The notes beneath the pieces were generated by a model. That model made no database searches, was not told where the DNA came from, and saw nothing but the letters and a program-made list of their open reading frames with translations. A program made the translations under genes and the position numbers. A DNA stretch of 62,239 bases, filler included, from Sarea resinae (lineage: Eukaryota): the NCBI GenBank assembly GCA_026026165.1. It is 3 parts of 3 records of this genome, joined end to end, with 100 filler letters (N's around TTAATTAATTAA, not from the genome) between each part and the next. Parts side by side here need not be neighbours in the genome. Positions count along the whole stretch, not along the records: positions 1 to 27,077 come from JAPEUD010000129.1; 2 more parts are not named here. One strand, 5' to 3'. Positions 10,901-23,640 of this stretch are shown piece by piece (positions within the stretch are counted from its first letter, which is position 1; each line of letters starts with the position of its first letter).

Positions 10901-13084
10901 TCCAGTGATGATACCATGACCAACGGCCAAAGCGAGGAGAAGGCTCTTGGAGAGATCACCAAGAGTGAGAGTGTCTTTACCTGGTCCAATATCGAATATA
11001 CCGTTCCTTACCAAGGAGGTCAGCGAAAGCTGCTCAACAAAGTCAATGGCTTTGCTAAGCCGGGGCTAATGGTGGCTCTCATGGGTGCCTCTGGTTCGTG
11101 ATCATCTCCGAGCTGATGCCGCATAAGCTAACTTTCTTAGGTGCTGGAAAAACGACTTTGCTGAACACACTGGCTCAAAGGCAGACGACGGGTGTGGTGG
11201 CGGGTGACATGCTTGTAGATGGCCGGCCTCTGGGTACCGAGTTCCAGAGGGGAACCGGCTTCTGCGAGCAGATGGATCTCCACGACGGGACCTCGACCAT
11301 TCGCGAGGCTCTAGAGTTCTCAGCTATTCTTCGGCAAGAGCGCACGGTGCCGAGGTCGGAGAAGATCGCCTACGTTGATAAGATCATTGATCTACTCGAG
11401 CTGGGGGATCTGCAGGATGCCATTGTCAGCAGTCTGGGTGTAGAGCAGCGAAAGCGCTTGACTATCGGCGTGGAATTGGCCGCAAAGCCATCCTTGCTGC
11501 TTTTCCTCGACGAGCCCACGTCCGGTCTGGACTCGCAGTCGGCATTCTCCATTGTTAGATTCCTCAAGAAGCTATCTCAAGCTGGACAGGCTATCGTGTG
11601 CACGATCCATCAGCCTAGCTCCATGCTCATCCAGCAGGTCGGTTCAATTTGTTTTTAGCTGTCCTTTGTTCGAAGCCGCTGACTCTTTGGCTCGTCTCCA
11701 GTTCGACATGATCCTCGCCCTGAACCCAGGCGGAAACACGTTCTACTTTGGCCCCGTTGGCGAGAACGGCTCAGCGGTGATCGACTACTTCGCCGAACGC
11801 GGCGTCACCTGCCCCCCATCGAAGAACGTCGCGGAGTTCATCCTCGAGACGGCAGCCAAGGGCGGCAAACGCGAAGACGGCAAGCGGCTCAATTGGGACG
11901 AGGAATGGCTAAACTCACGACAGAATAAGGAGATCCTCGATGAGATTGCTCGCATCAAGACGGAGAGGGGCAAGATTCCGCCGCCGGAAGCAAGCACGCA
12001 GCACGAATTCGCCTCGCCCGTCTACGAGCAGACGGTGATGCTCACGAAACGACTCTTCCTGCAATACTGGCGCGACCCGTCGTACCTGTACGGCAAACTG
12101 TTCGTGTCGGTCATCCTGGGCATCTTCAACGGCTTCACGTTCTGGCAGCTGGGCCACTCGATCCAGGACATGCAGGATCGCATGTTCACGGCCTTCCTGA
12201 TCGTGCTGATCCCGCCGACCATCGTCAACGCCGTCGTGCCCAAGTTCTATGACAACCGCGAGCTGTGGGAGCTGCGGGAGCTGCCGTCGCGCATCTACGG
12301 CTGGGTGGCCTTTTGCACGGCCAACATCGTCACGGAGATCCCGGCCGCCATCATCGGCGCCGTCATCTACTGGGTGCTCTGGTACTGGCCCACGGGCCTG
12401 CCGTCGGACAGCTCCACAGCCGGCTACGTCTTCCTGATGACGATGCTGTACTTTCTCTTCCAAGCGTCGTGGGGCCAGTGGATCTGCGCCTTTGCGCCCT
12501 CCTTCACCGTCATCTCCAACGTGCTGCCCTTCTTCTTCGTCATCTTCTCGCTCTTCAATGGTGTCGTGCGGCCATACTCGCAGCTCAGCGTGTTCTGGCG
12601 CTACTGGCTGTACTACCTGAACCCGGCCACGTACTGGATCGGCGGCGTCATGTCGGCCACGCTCTCGCACGTCGCCGTCACCTGCGCGGACCAGGAACTC
12701 GTGCTGTTCCGGCCGCCGCCCGGCACGTCGTGCACGGCGTACACGGCCCTCATGGCGCAGAAGCAGGGCTACCTGTCGTCGTCATCGTACGGCGGGCCCA
12801 ACAGCGGCGTGTGCGCCTACTGCCCGCTGGCCTCGGGCACCGAGTACATGAAGACGCTCAACGTCGAGCCCAAGGACAAGTGGGGCTACTTTGGCATCTT
12901 CCTCGGCTTCTGCTTCAGCAATTGGGCCCTCGTGTATTTCTTCATCTACACCGTGCGCATCCGCGGCTGGACGTTTGGCGCCAGCTCGCTGTTCGGCGCT
13001 GTCGGCAAGGCCGTCGGCAAGCTTGTTAAGTTGGTGGCTGCACGGAAGAAGAAGACGGGCGAGCCCAAGGAGGGCGCGAAATAG
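7997..13084 (+). CDS. Full-size ABCG/PDR-type multidrug ABC transporter (NBD-TMD)2, multi-exon
   Basis: NBD1 [35 protein letters not shown]2 [35 protein letters not shown]; two TM regions. GT-AG introns, e.g. 8888-8954 and 8980-9031. Start at 7997 or 8021. Confidence 0.95.
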
Positions 13085-13099
13085 TGTGTGTTATCTCTA

Positions 13100-14300
13100 T
13101 AGACGGGACAGTGGTATTGAAACGGGGGTGGGAATATGCGATGATCGACAGGATAGGATAGGATATGATAGGAGGGGGGTGGGATAGAGTCGATCTGATA
13201 TGATATAATATGAGATGCGATGATAAGTATCAGGATACGGACGAGGACGAGGACGAGGACAAAGATATGATAGACCCAATCTATACGATAGACAGATAGA
13301 TAGAATCCGAATATAGACTCGAGCGTTCTCGATAACGATTAGTAGAATAGAAACTCAAACTCAAATACAAAGACAGTAACTCACCAGTTCAGTTCACCGG
13401 GAATGGATAATAGAGAATATCATACTACAGAATAAATAACGTAGTGAAAGCACAACTAACTAATTATCCAACTTCAATCAATTGTTAAACCCAAAGTCTT
13501 TGTAAACCTATCTCTCTATATTAGTCAAAGTAGTAGATCTAATCTCTTACTAAAGAAAAGGTAATAAGATAGTAGAATAGAGCGAATAGACTAAATAGAC
13601 TGAATAGAGAGAATAGAGCAAATAAAGAGAGAGAGAGAGAGAGAGTAAATAGAGAGATAAGAAGAATAACAAGTAGAATAGAGAGATAAAAAAACCAAGA
13701 AGAAAGTAGGTAGATAGTAAGATATAGAGATAAGATAGTAAGAGAAGGGAGATACTAAAAATAAAATAAAGAGAGAGTAGGTAGATAGAGATAGAGGACT
13801 AAATATCAAATATTAATAAGAAGAGAGTAGAGTAGCCCAGAGGAAGAGAATAAGAGGAGAAGAACTTTCACTCTAGGTACCTAGGGAGGTATAGAGTAAA
13901 TACTCTATAGAGTATATACTATTACTATTACTATTACTACCCCTTACTACTACGTCTTTGACTCTCTTTTTACTCTACTCTACTCTTCTCCACTCTCCTC
14001 TACTCTCTAAACTCTCTAAACTCTCTCTAACTATACACTACTACTACTCTACTCTACTCTTATCTCCTTTACTTAACTCTCTCTTACCCCGTTTTATTTG
14101 CTAGTCTAAACTCTTTATATAAGCTAAGCTACTGATAATACTAATACTAATGCCCTATGCAAATCAGTCTCTTTGTGGCATTGATTGCGCTAGGGTTTCT
14201 TTCTTTCTTTGTCTACCTAAGGTAGTCTAGGGCGTTTCTAGTTAGCTTCACTTATCACTCATTTACTCACTTACTCACTTACTCACTTACTCACTCATCT
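13100..14300. repeat. AT-rich low-complexity island (GATA/GA/TAC simple repeats; TTACTCAC tandem at about 14263-14294)
   Basis: TpA-rich and visibly poor in CpA/TpG, no credible ORF; purine-rich half followed by pyrimidine-rich half. Confidence 0.7.
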
Positions 14301-14846
14301 ATTGAGGAGAGATGAGAATTGAACACAAATTCTGATTTTGGAGGGGATCTCGCCCTCGGCCACCCCACCGACATCACTAGGTGTAGAGAACGCGTTTTTC
14401 CCGGATCTTGGTGTGAGGCGCGCTGCTATATAGTAGGCAAATAGGCATAGTCCGGACGAGCCGGGTTCAACTAGTCTTTTTGGATGGCTCACGTAGGGAA
14501 CAGGTTTACCTATTTACTGGTCCGGACACTTGGGTCAAGGATTTTTCACGTTTGTGGTTCTAATTTGGATGTCTATTCCTATTCCTATTCCTATTCCCAT
14601 TTCCCATGATTGTGTCATCCGGAGCCAGATTTGCTATTCCCATTTCCTTCCCCATTTCCATCCCGTTTCCATCCCGTTTCCATGCCGTTTCCATGCCGTT
14701 CCATCCCGTGTCCGTCCCATTTGATTTCGATTCCATGCATTGCAATTTTCTTGTCCGCATCCGACATGCCTTGGCTCTAGGAAAGCAAAAGGAAACAAGA
14801 GTCACCAACCAACCATTTGCCCCTCCGAGTCTCAGCTTGCCTGCCA

Positions 14847-17800
14847 TCAACGTCTCGGCCCCTTTGTGCTCCCACTCGCAACAGACGTAGCGGCAGGTTT
14901 GGCCCCTTCGTCCTCCTTTGACTCGGCAAACTCGGCGAACTCTTTCGGAATCTCCCATCCGTGATTTTGACAAGCTCGTCTATATGCATCCATCGCTTCG
15001 CCGGTGCGGTAGTCGCGGGAGCGAGACTGCTTGTTGGGGCTCTCGAGTCGAGCGGGCCGTTCTGGCTCTAGGATCGCGAGACGGACTTGCAGGAGGACGG
15101 ATTCGATGCTGGAGACGGCGGACCAGCCCGTATTTGTGAGAAGCTGGCAGATCGTGTCAATTTGGCCGTCGAAAGCCCATCTGAAATATCAAAGACTTAC
15201 CTCCATGCAGAGGGCCCCTCCAGCCGTGACATGACCGCCTCCACCAGACACAAAGCTCAGAAATCTCGGACGAATGATACGCACAAAAGGCGGGCTGATG
15301 GGGAAATCCTTGCCGAATCGCAATTCTAGAACAATGCTTGATAGCCCCTGAGCCTTCATGTCTTGAGCCAGCGGCAACGTCTTGTTGATTGAATGAAGCT
15401 CGACGATCCATTGATACATATTTGTCACCTTCTCAGCGTCAATGTACCAACCCAGTTCTTGCAGGGGCTGAGACTCCTGTACCTTGAGGACAGCCTGGAG
15501 ATGGCGTTGTAGGGTCCGAGTGGTTGAAGAGGTTGCGTATGATGGCGGGTCCAGAAGCGGGAGAGAGGACACATCAAGTGTGCCGGGAACAAACTCCGTG
15601 AGTGAATCATCTTTGGCCACCATCCTACCATTGCTATTTGCAGAAACCATCTTCTGATGTTCGAAAGAAGTGCTCAAGATTTCAAGGTCTTCAGCGAATG
15701 TCTTGACACTGGCTGCATCGTCATCACTGGTAACATCTACCACTATTTTCTGCTTCTTATCACCTCTCTTGACCGAAGATATGGCCGGCCGACGTGATTT
15801 GCTCACTGCAAAGATGGGTACCACGATCCTTCCAGCGTTTCCTGTTGGCGTAAGTCGAGGATCCTGCTTGAACGCTTCGGCCGTCGCCGTATTTACTTCC
15901 TTCGTTTGCTTAGTCGAATCTCTGCGCTTCACGAAAAGATAGCGGGTCTGTATCCAATCCAGTTGAGAGACGACAAGGTGTGGGCTGGTGCTGACGAATT
16001 CCTGAGGAGCATTCACTATCTCGTTGAGAGACATAGCGTTGCAAGCCTTCAGATGGCTCTGAGGCCATGAATTCGGATGTGTCTATGAATGGTGAGCTGA
16101 ATCGCTTTCATTGATCAAGGGATGCTTCTTACTGTGGTGTTTACTACTATGCTTGCAGCATAACCTTCACTGGTACGAAAATCGAGAGAATGGTAGACTC
16201 CGTGTCCATAGGAGCGGCCATGCTGCGTTTCTTTGAAATGCAAACCCTCTCTGATGATTCCATGCCAATTGGCTAGCGGACTACCGTGCCACGCAAAGAT
16301 TGTTGGATACGGGAGATCTAGGCGCTTTGTTGCCTCCTCTATTGAATTGACGAATCTCTGCTCCTTATCAGGTGCTCCCTGAGCGAAGCGGAATTGCATC
16401 CATCCATCAACTCCACGAATTCGTTGATTCATCCTGGAACAGACAACTGCCTTGCCTTCCTCGTCCAAAGAGTCAACTTGCATGATACAAGATCGATTCG
16501 ACGCTATAATCCAACGCAGTACTCCAAGAGCGGCAGGAGAGATCCGTTCAGTCCAGCCAGCGAGGGTCGCGTTCGTTGCACGGCCTTGCTCGAGATACTT
16601 TTTCATCTCCAAAACACTTGGAAGTGTGTCGAGCAGCGTGCAGATGCTTTGCTGCTTGTGTTCCGTCGAGACCTCATCGAAATCAGTATCGTAAATCTTG
16701 AATGTCCCGTCATTAAGCTTTCCAGTCGGAAGGAGAGGCGTGCGCGATGGCTGTGGAGGGGCCTGACCCAATGTCTCCGCATTCCCAACTGTTTCGCCTA
16801 TCTTGACTGGTGGGCCTAACTTTATCTTCGGATATGAGGCAGTGTCCTCGACACGACAATGTAGCTCGGCTTTTGGAGGGCCAGAAAGGCTAAGCACAAT
16901 CCAGTCACCTGGCTTGATGGGACACCGTGTGCTCTCTGATGAGAAGACCAACTCGGGAGCAGAAGAATCATAGCTTGCTGAATGCGATGAAGACTTCAAA
17001 GTCTTATCCGACATTGCTCCAGTTGGAGGCGGAATCTTCAAATGCATACCAAGTGGAAGCTGCTGAAGCCTGCCAGCCAGGGCACTGGTATAGCCAAAAC
17101 TGATCAAAAGATCTACCACGTAAGGCTGCGACCATATTTCGTACTCGATGCTGGGTCCAAATCCGAGATTCATGTACTGGTAGAGACAGAGCGGCTTCGA
17201 GCAGACATAAGGCTTCAGAGCCTCGAATTTCTCTCCCACCTTCGAATGGCAAACGACACAGAACTCAGTGCATCGCACAAAATGACGGAGAAGAAATTGC
17301 ATAGCAATGAGAGGAAAAGATCGATCGCTGGAGGCATGCTTTTCCCCTTCGGAGAGGTGGTCAGCCCTAGCAATAAGTGGCAAGCTCATCTTTGGTTTGT
17401 CCTCGATACTATTTGTTAGCAGGTCGCCGGCCTTGTTGCCCTTGCCTTCCCGGACACGGCTGTCAAGAAGCTCAGCTGCGTCCCAGCCGAGGTCGCTGGC
17501 GATTCTGTATCTTACTACAGACAGAAATCGCGTATTCAAGAGGTCAGTCAACGGCCTTCCTATGAATATGTGGCGGAATGAAGCTCGAGGAATGTCTTTA
17601 AGCGGGCCATTCGCCCCCTTCTCGGATAAGTCCTGAGCGTCCTCTGCGCCATTCTCTGTGATGACAGCCCCGAACGCACTGCTTGCTTCAATCGGAGAAG
17701 GTTTGTAATTATCAGAAACGCCGACACGGAGATCAACACCGCTCTGATTACGGTAATGCTCCCGACTTGTGAGTTGTTCCGTAGTCTGATATGCGGAGGT

Positions 17801-18577
17801 GTAGCGGATCAGTAGTATCAGGTAGTCATGCTTGTCCAAACTCCAGGCCTCCAAGCATTCATCTGAGATACCAAGCTTCGCAGTTCGACATGACACACTG
17901 ACGATGAAAGCATCATCTCCACCCATCACCCGTCCAAGACAGCCAACCTTGAAGCCGGCACTCTTAGCTGCGAGGAGATCCGATCGAATTCGAAGATTTA
18001 GTGCAGCACGGGTTGAGGCTTGCAAAGACGATGGCGGAAAATAAGGCACGTGGCCTTCGGATGATGATTGGGACCAGCTTTCTTCATCGTCGTCGTCAAC
18101 ATCCATTGCGCTTTCCGGATGGTCGTCGTCAACATCCAATGCGCTTTCCGGATGGTCGTCCTCATCTCCCAAGGCATCACTATCGCCAGTCGACAATGGA
18201 CGAGATTCTGCAGCGGGTGACAGAGCACCGGAAAGCTTCGAGAGAAGCTGGGGAATCGTTATAGCAGTCAATGAACCCAGGTCTCCCAATGCCTTGCTCA
18301 CTTGGGCCGGAACGTCATCAGAAACTGTGTAGAGGAAGATGCGATGTTGTGAGGGATATTCGCAAACATCTACAAGACTTAGCATCTATCAAGCGCATCA
18401 CGCAGGAGGAAACTTGCCTGACACCAGCGCCTGAATCGTCACCTGTCTTCCATCGCTCAGCTCATAATCAAAGTTGAACGTCCCGTCTTCATCGGCAGGT
18501 CGAACATTTGAGATGCGGGGTGCCTCCACTTCATGCGAGACTTGCTCAAGGTCGTTCAGGAAGGCCTTACGAGGCAT
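14847..18577 (-). CDS. PARP-like ADP-ribosyltransferase / UBE2Q-like ubiquitin-conjugating enzyme fusion protein, 4 exons
   Basis: Start MPRKAF at 18577; introns 18370-18417 (GC-AG), 16083-16132 and 15144-15200. Cys-rich CTEFCVVCH..KPYVCSKPLC; ART motifs WHGS, YGHGVYHS..SEGY; E2 motif FPISPPFVR..GHVTAGGALCMELL; stop at 14847. Confidence 0.88.
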
Positions 18578-19624
18578 CTTGAAGATGAGTGTGCCCAAGG
18601 CAACCACTATCAAAGCCCGAAGAGTGTCAGAACAGAAGGATAGTAAGTCTAGATAGCTTCGTCCGGGATGATTCAAATGAGATAGAGGACCATTTGAAAT
18701 GGAAGTACGAGAGGGACTGATAATGAGGTCAAATCAGATGTAAGTTGAATGGTTTTATCAAGTGTGGCGGATGCCGTGTGAACGAAAGAGGACGATCCTC
18801 CAGCACATTCGAGAGGCTACAGCATGGAAATCCGCAGTTGATCAATGTACGGAATGAGAGAGAAGAGTGAGCGAAAGAGAGAGACAACACGGCAAGCAGA
18901 CGGGCGAATGTCGAAAGACAAGACGCAATGGCCGCAGCCGCCGCCGTCTGGCTCATCAATCTCGCGATGTCGTAGACGCTTGACAGCTAGTATGTGACAC
19001 TCATGAGGACACGCAGTGAGCATCATCACGACACGCGGCCATGGCCAATAATCTACGTTCAACCACACTGGAATATCTTTCACCCCGGATAGAAGAGTGA
19101 AGATGGCCATGGCCATCGTGAGTAGGATGTCTCTCGAGATCGACACCTTTGTACCCGGGATGCGGCGGGCAGAGACATAGTAAGGTAGGCAGCAGTGGAG
19201 GTGGAGGTGGAGGTGGAGGTGGAGGTGCTGTCGGGTAGGATCAATCAATACAGCTGGAGGCTACTCCCGTCCGTACGTGGTGGTTGTGCTTGTTCGGGAC
19301 CGACAGCTGGAGGCGTACCTGATGCCGTTCGTAGTTCAAACTATCTTCGTACAAAGAATTAGCCCTGAAGCTTCCGGCGCCTAAGGTATCGCACGGTTAG
19401 GGTCTTAGCTCGATCAACCTACCTGTAGTAGAGTAGAGTACCTAGGCAGACAAGCTACAACCTACGAAGGTCAAGTATACCCTATATGTACCTCCGCCCT
19501 GAAGGTACCTACTGGGGATTGATGTGGGAGACATTCTTATTCACCGATGCCATCGAGGGCCCTTTGACCATCTCGAAGTCGCAAGCAGAGACCAACCTGG
19601 AAGGCAATCAATCTGTCGACATCT

Positions 19625-20803
19625 ATGGCATCAGCAATGGCCTCGGGATCCAGTGCATCTTCAACCGCTGCCATGACACAGCCAAGATCATCACACCTCA
19701 CAGACCCGTCTCTTCGGCCATTCCTCTCCGCCTCCTTCGACCCCACCACCTACCTCAACGAGACCCTTCCACCACCCAATCTCTCCTCCCAGTCTCGCCC
19801 ATCGCAGCAACAACAACAGCAGCACCAGCACCAGCACCAGCAACCTTCGTCTCTTCCAGACCTCTCAAATGCCACGCAAAACCTCATGTCCCATCTCAGT
19901 GCCCATGCTTCCCGACTCTCAGACACCCTGACCCAAATCACAGATGACATCCTACGCAGTGGAGGGCGACTGACCTACGAAGTCGAAGTGCTACGAGGCG
20001 AAACAATTGGCTTATCCGAAGTACTGACTGAGGGACTACGGAAGGATGTCTCCAAATTCGTGCCAAACGGCCTGGCAGTTGAGGCTGCGACCCATACCAG
20101 TGACCGCGAAGGCAGTCTTCTGGATCGACGGCGAAGCAGTGCCTCAACAAGTGCTCGTGAAGCGGTCATTGCCAGCAGAGATGGCCAAGACCAGCCGTCG
20201 AATCCAGTCCTTTCGTCGTCCATCTCCCAACTTCGAACCCTTTCCCTTGTAAGGAACCGCCTCGAAACCGTGGTCAAAGTCTTCGGCGACGCAATGGAAT
20301 GGACCTTACCGCCATCTGAAGTCTCCGTCACCTCATCCTTCATCTCCGTGTCGGCTCCAGAACCTGGATCGGAGAGCAATAGTGGTGAAGAAAAGGGCCG
20401 TGAGATCTCCCAGAAGCTCCGAGACGAGATTGCCGATCTCCTGATCAGCCAGCCGGGCGATGATCAGTCGAGCGTTGAAGCCGCCGCAAAGCGCGTCGAG
20501 GAGCTGAGGGACCTGTCGAGAGTCTGGAAGGGCACCTCGGAGGAAAAGGCACGAAGCAAATTCGTCGATGGCCTGGCGAAGATGGTAGAAGAGAGGCAAG
20601 CCGCTTTGAGCAGACAGGCGTATCAACGCAGATCGCATGGCAGCTCGGCACGGAGCCCTTCACCTCGGAAATCTACTGGGAGCCCCGCCCAAGGTGGCCG
20701 ACCGTATGAAAACGGAGAGCAAAACCGACGCCAGGCGAGTGAAGGTGGATATGGATTTATTGAGAATCTGCAGCGCATGCGCAACAACATCTATCTCGAT
20801 TGA
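19625..20803 (+). CDS. Conserved hypothetical helical protein, possible COG/Vps51-like vesicle-tethering subunit
   Basis: Intronless 392-aa ORF; N-terminal FLSASFDPTTYLN followed by a coiled-coil, a pattern typical of CATCHR subunit N-termini. The family assignment is tentative. Confidence 0.6.
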   Translation: MASAMASGSSASSTAAMTQPRSSHLTDPSLRPFLSASFDPTTYLNETLPPPNLSSQSRPSQQQQQQHQHQHQQPSSLPDLSNATQNLMSHLSAHASRLSDTLTQITDDILRSGGRLTYEVEVLRGETIGLSEVLTEGLRKDVSKFVPNGLAVEAATHTSDREGSLLDRRRSSASTSAREAVIASRDGQDQPSNPVLSSSISQLRTLSLVRNRLETVVKVFGDAMEWTLPPSEVSVTSSFISVSAPEPGSESNSGEEKGREISQKLRDEIADLLISQPGDDQSSVEAAAKRVEELRDLSRVWKGTSEEKARSKFVDGLAKMVEERQAALSRQAYQRRSHGSSARSPSPRKSTGSPAQGGRPYENGEQNRRQASEGGYGFIENLQRMRNNIYLD

Positions 20804-22093
20804 GAGGCTTCAATACGCTTCTTGACGATCACCGCCAAATTTCTCTGGATCTCTGCATCATCTCGGCGTCCTGGCATGGTATTTTATGAGCAGCATTCAC
20901 TAGGTGCAAAACGGCGCGATTCGTTAGACTTGTAGCTGAAGAAGCGTCTCATTACTTTTGGAGCCGAGGGGTTGGCATCTGACCACCAATATGTCTTTCA
21001 GCGCGCGCGATCGGGCCCGTTTGCGTACATAGAAGAGGGGTTCAATTGGCAGAGCGCGAGCATTAAGAAGCTAGACAAAGAGGGGAATATCATGGTTGCT
21101 TCCATTATTCATTGCATCTCTGGAGACTGCCGGCACTCTTCAGCTCGAACAAAAAGCCCTACTCCGGAGTAGATTCCCAACCGCATCGGGAGTGCTTCGG
21201 TATATGCGTATCGATGTATCGATGTCGCCTACCCCAATCAGAGGCTGTACTGGGCGCCTTCAACTCCCATAGGTCTGCTGGCTCCTGGGTGTCATTCTTG
21301 GCCGTCGGGGCCGTCCTGGTGCGTCTTGCTGCTCTCGTCGTCGCCAGGATGAGATGCTGGACGGCGTTGCTCTAGCAATCACTCGCTGCTCCTGTACGAC
21401 TATCGTGACTACTGCATATCTCCTCGATACTCTTAGTACGGAGTATTCGTACCTCATGCCCTTGATCGCTTGTGCCCTTGCAGGCCCTTCCAAGTTGGCC
21501 CTCGGCCTCTCACCACTCGGGCCCCTAGTCTTGTACGGAGTAGTGTTTGTGACTCTGTGAGCTCACAAGAATGCCATAGTAGCAGTAGTACGCTGCAGTG
21601 ACGAGGGCGATAGGCGATTGGAGACACTGAGAGACGATCGACCTGCAGCTGCAAGCACAGCCTTTCTACTTTCCACTACTGAGCCCGAGTGCATGCGCGA
21701 GGCCTCGCCACTTCCCGGCTCGAGTGCGCGACGAAGGTTCAGCTTCATTCAGCTTCGACTTTATTCTCGAACCTCCATAACGTCTATCACTCATCGCGTC
21801 CATCACCAAAGTTGCGGCGAGTCAAGGTCCACAAGCGCGAGGCTTCCAAAGTCTGCGGGGTATACTAGCTAAACCCAACCATCTTGTCGAGAGCAGCTGC
21901 TTGAATATAGCACTGCTTCTGTCGCCCTTGTTCCGCCTTGCCCATGTTGCGTTTTTGCAGCACTCCGATCATCAAATATCCTCTGCACTTTCTCTCTCTG
22001 TTCTGGGTGGCCGACCATCTCTCCACTCGATAAGGTCGCCGATCTGGACTCGTCGCTCCACTGGCGCATCCGCTCAGTGCCGGGAACCTTTCA

Positions 22094-23640
22094 ATGGTCT
22101 CCCAACCCGAACCTCCAGAGCGAACGCTGACCGTCCGACGGGCTCCTTCCGTCTCGTCGCGCGCATCGAATTCGAGACGACATCGCCACAGCCGATCGCA
22201 TCAAGGAGGATCGTCATATCAGCCTCAGAATGAATTTCCCGTCTTTACACATACCGGTGACGTCGAGATCCTAGTAAGCGCTGGAGGCAGAGAGCGCCGA
22301 TACCTATTGCACCGGCTCATTTTGGCTCAGTGTTCCGGCTTCTTTGATGCGGGAACAAGTGAGGAGTGGGCTCGTTCGCAAACTCAAGGTCAGGGTCCTC
22401 ATGACGGGCTTGCAAGGATTGGGGGGAGCGAGGCTGCCGGAAGGGAAGTGGGAAAAGTTGGTGCATCTGGCCGAGATGGGGAGAAGAAGATGAGATGGAG
22501 ATATGAGCTGGATGGGGGAAATAAGGAGGGCGAGGTGCCTATGCTGGTGCAAAAGGTAAGCTTACGAACTATCATTCGTACTCCGTACTCGGACTGAGGG
22601 GAAGTCCACAGAATCCGTCCACGACCCTCTTCGGCGGCAGCAGTACGGCTCGACCCCCGCCAGTCCGAAACAAGCCTCCAACGCCCCAGGCAGGCTTTTT
22701 CCGATCCATGGCCAATTTTTCGGCCATGCATATTCCGCAGAACCAACCTGTAGACGATCCTGCCGAAGACACGTTACGAGATTACGACAATCTTTTCCGT
22801 ATCTTCTATAATTATCCGCCGGTCCTCGACTCGGTCAACATAGCAAATGCGTACGTGGAGTGCAAAGGGCTCCTCACTCTCGCAGATATGTACGATGCTT
22901 TAGATGTTGTCGGGCCCAGGGTCGATCATCATCTATTACAATTCCAGGGCCGGCTATGGAAGCAGATTGCCAAGTATCCTCCGAGTTATCTCAAGCTGGG
23001 CTATCTGGCTCGCTCCAAAGTTATATTCTCCGAGGCACTTGTTCACGTAGTGGGTCAGTGGCCTGCTGGCGCCAACCAACTGCGCAACAGCCTCCCAGAT
23101 ACGGTCATCGACGTCATTGAAGATAAAGTGGATGAGCTGGATGAGTGGAAGGCGAAGATCGAAGGTCGACTGTTTCGACTCACGTTGACCACTTCCAAAG
23201 GGGAGCGGGTAACTCCATTCAATTCACACCTCGACTGGATGGCTGTATCCCTGTTCCGACAGTGGCTGGCGGAGAGTACGACCCCTCCACCTGCCGCTCC
23301 AGTCACGAATGTTGCTCGCGGCAATGATCCACGGGCTCTACCGCCGGCTCCTCCAGCCTTCAGCCCTGGAAGGGCATACCGCCTTTTGGGTACCGGGGGA
23401 TCGTCTTATCTTGGCCACGACGAACTGAAACGGTTCCTCAAACTGCGGCCCGATGACTACAACCGCGACTCGATGAAGCGGTTTGAGAGGCGCATGGACG
23501 AACTGAAAGGGATGGCGAGAGAACTAGTGAAGCCGTTGATGCGGAATTTCCTCGAGCTGGACCTCGGGAAAGAGGGGGGTGGTCTGGGATATCTGACATG
23601 TACGCGGGTGGAGGAGCATGATTTTCCATGGGACGAGTGA
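22094..23640 (+). CDS. Conserved fungal protein with BTB/POZ-like N-terminus, 2 exons
   Basis: TGDVEILV..YLLHRLILAQCSGFF resembles a BTB start; intron from GTAAG at 22556 to CAG at about 22610 joins to the 22708-23640 frame. Confidence 0.75.

Noticed and set aside
11915..13029. Long alternative-frame and antisense ORFs (251 aa, 254 aa) over the ABC transporter
   Set aside because: Shadow ORFs caused by very high GC3; no recognisable protein features.
14410..14482. tRNA/Pol III-like segment (GGGTTCAAC followed by a T run)
   Set aside because: No cloverleaf or T-stem pairing could be built, and the B box is incomplete.
14497..14512. 15/16 inverted match to 62007-62022 (TAGG[T/C]AAACCTGTTCC), possible dispersed repeat end
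   Set aside because: Matches of this length with one mismatch are expected by chance in 62 kb, and it does not extend convincingly.
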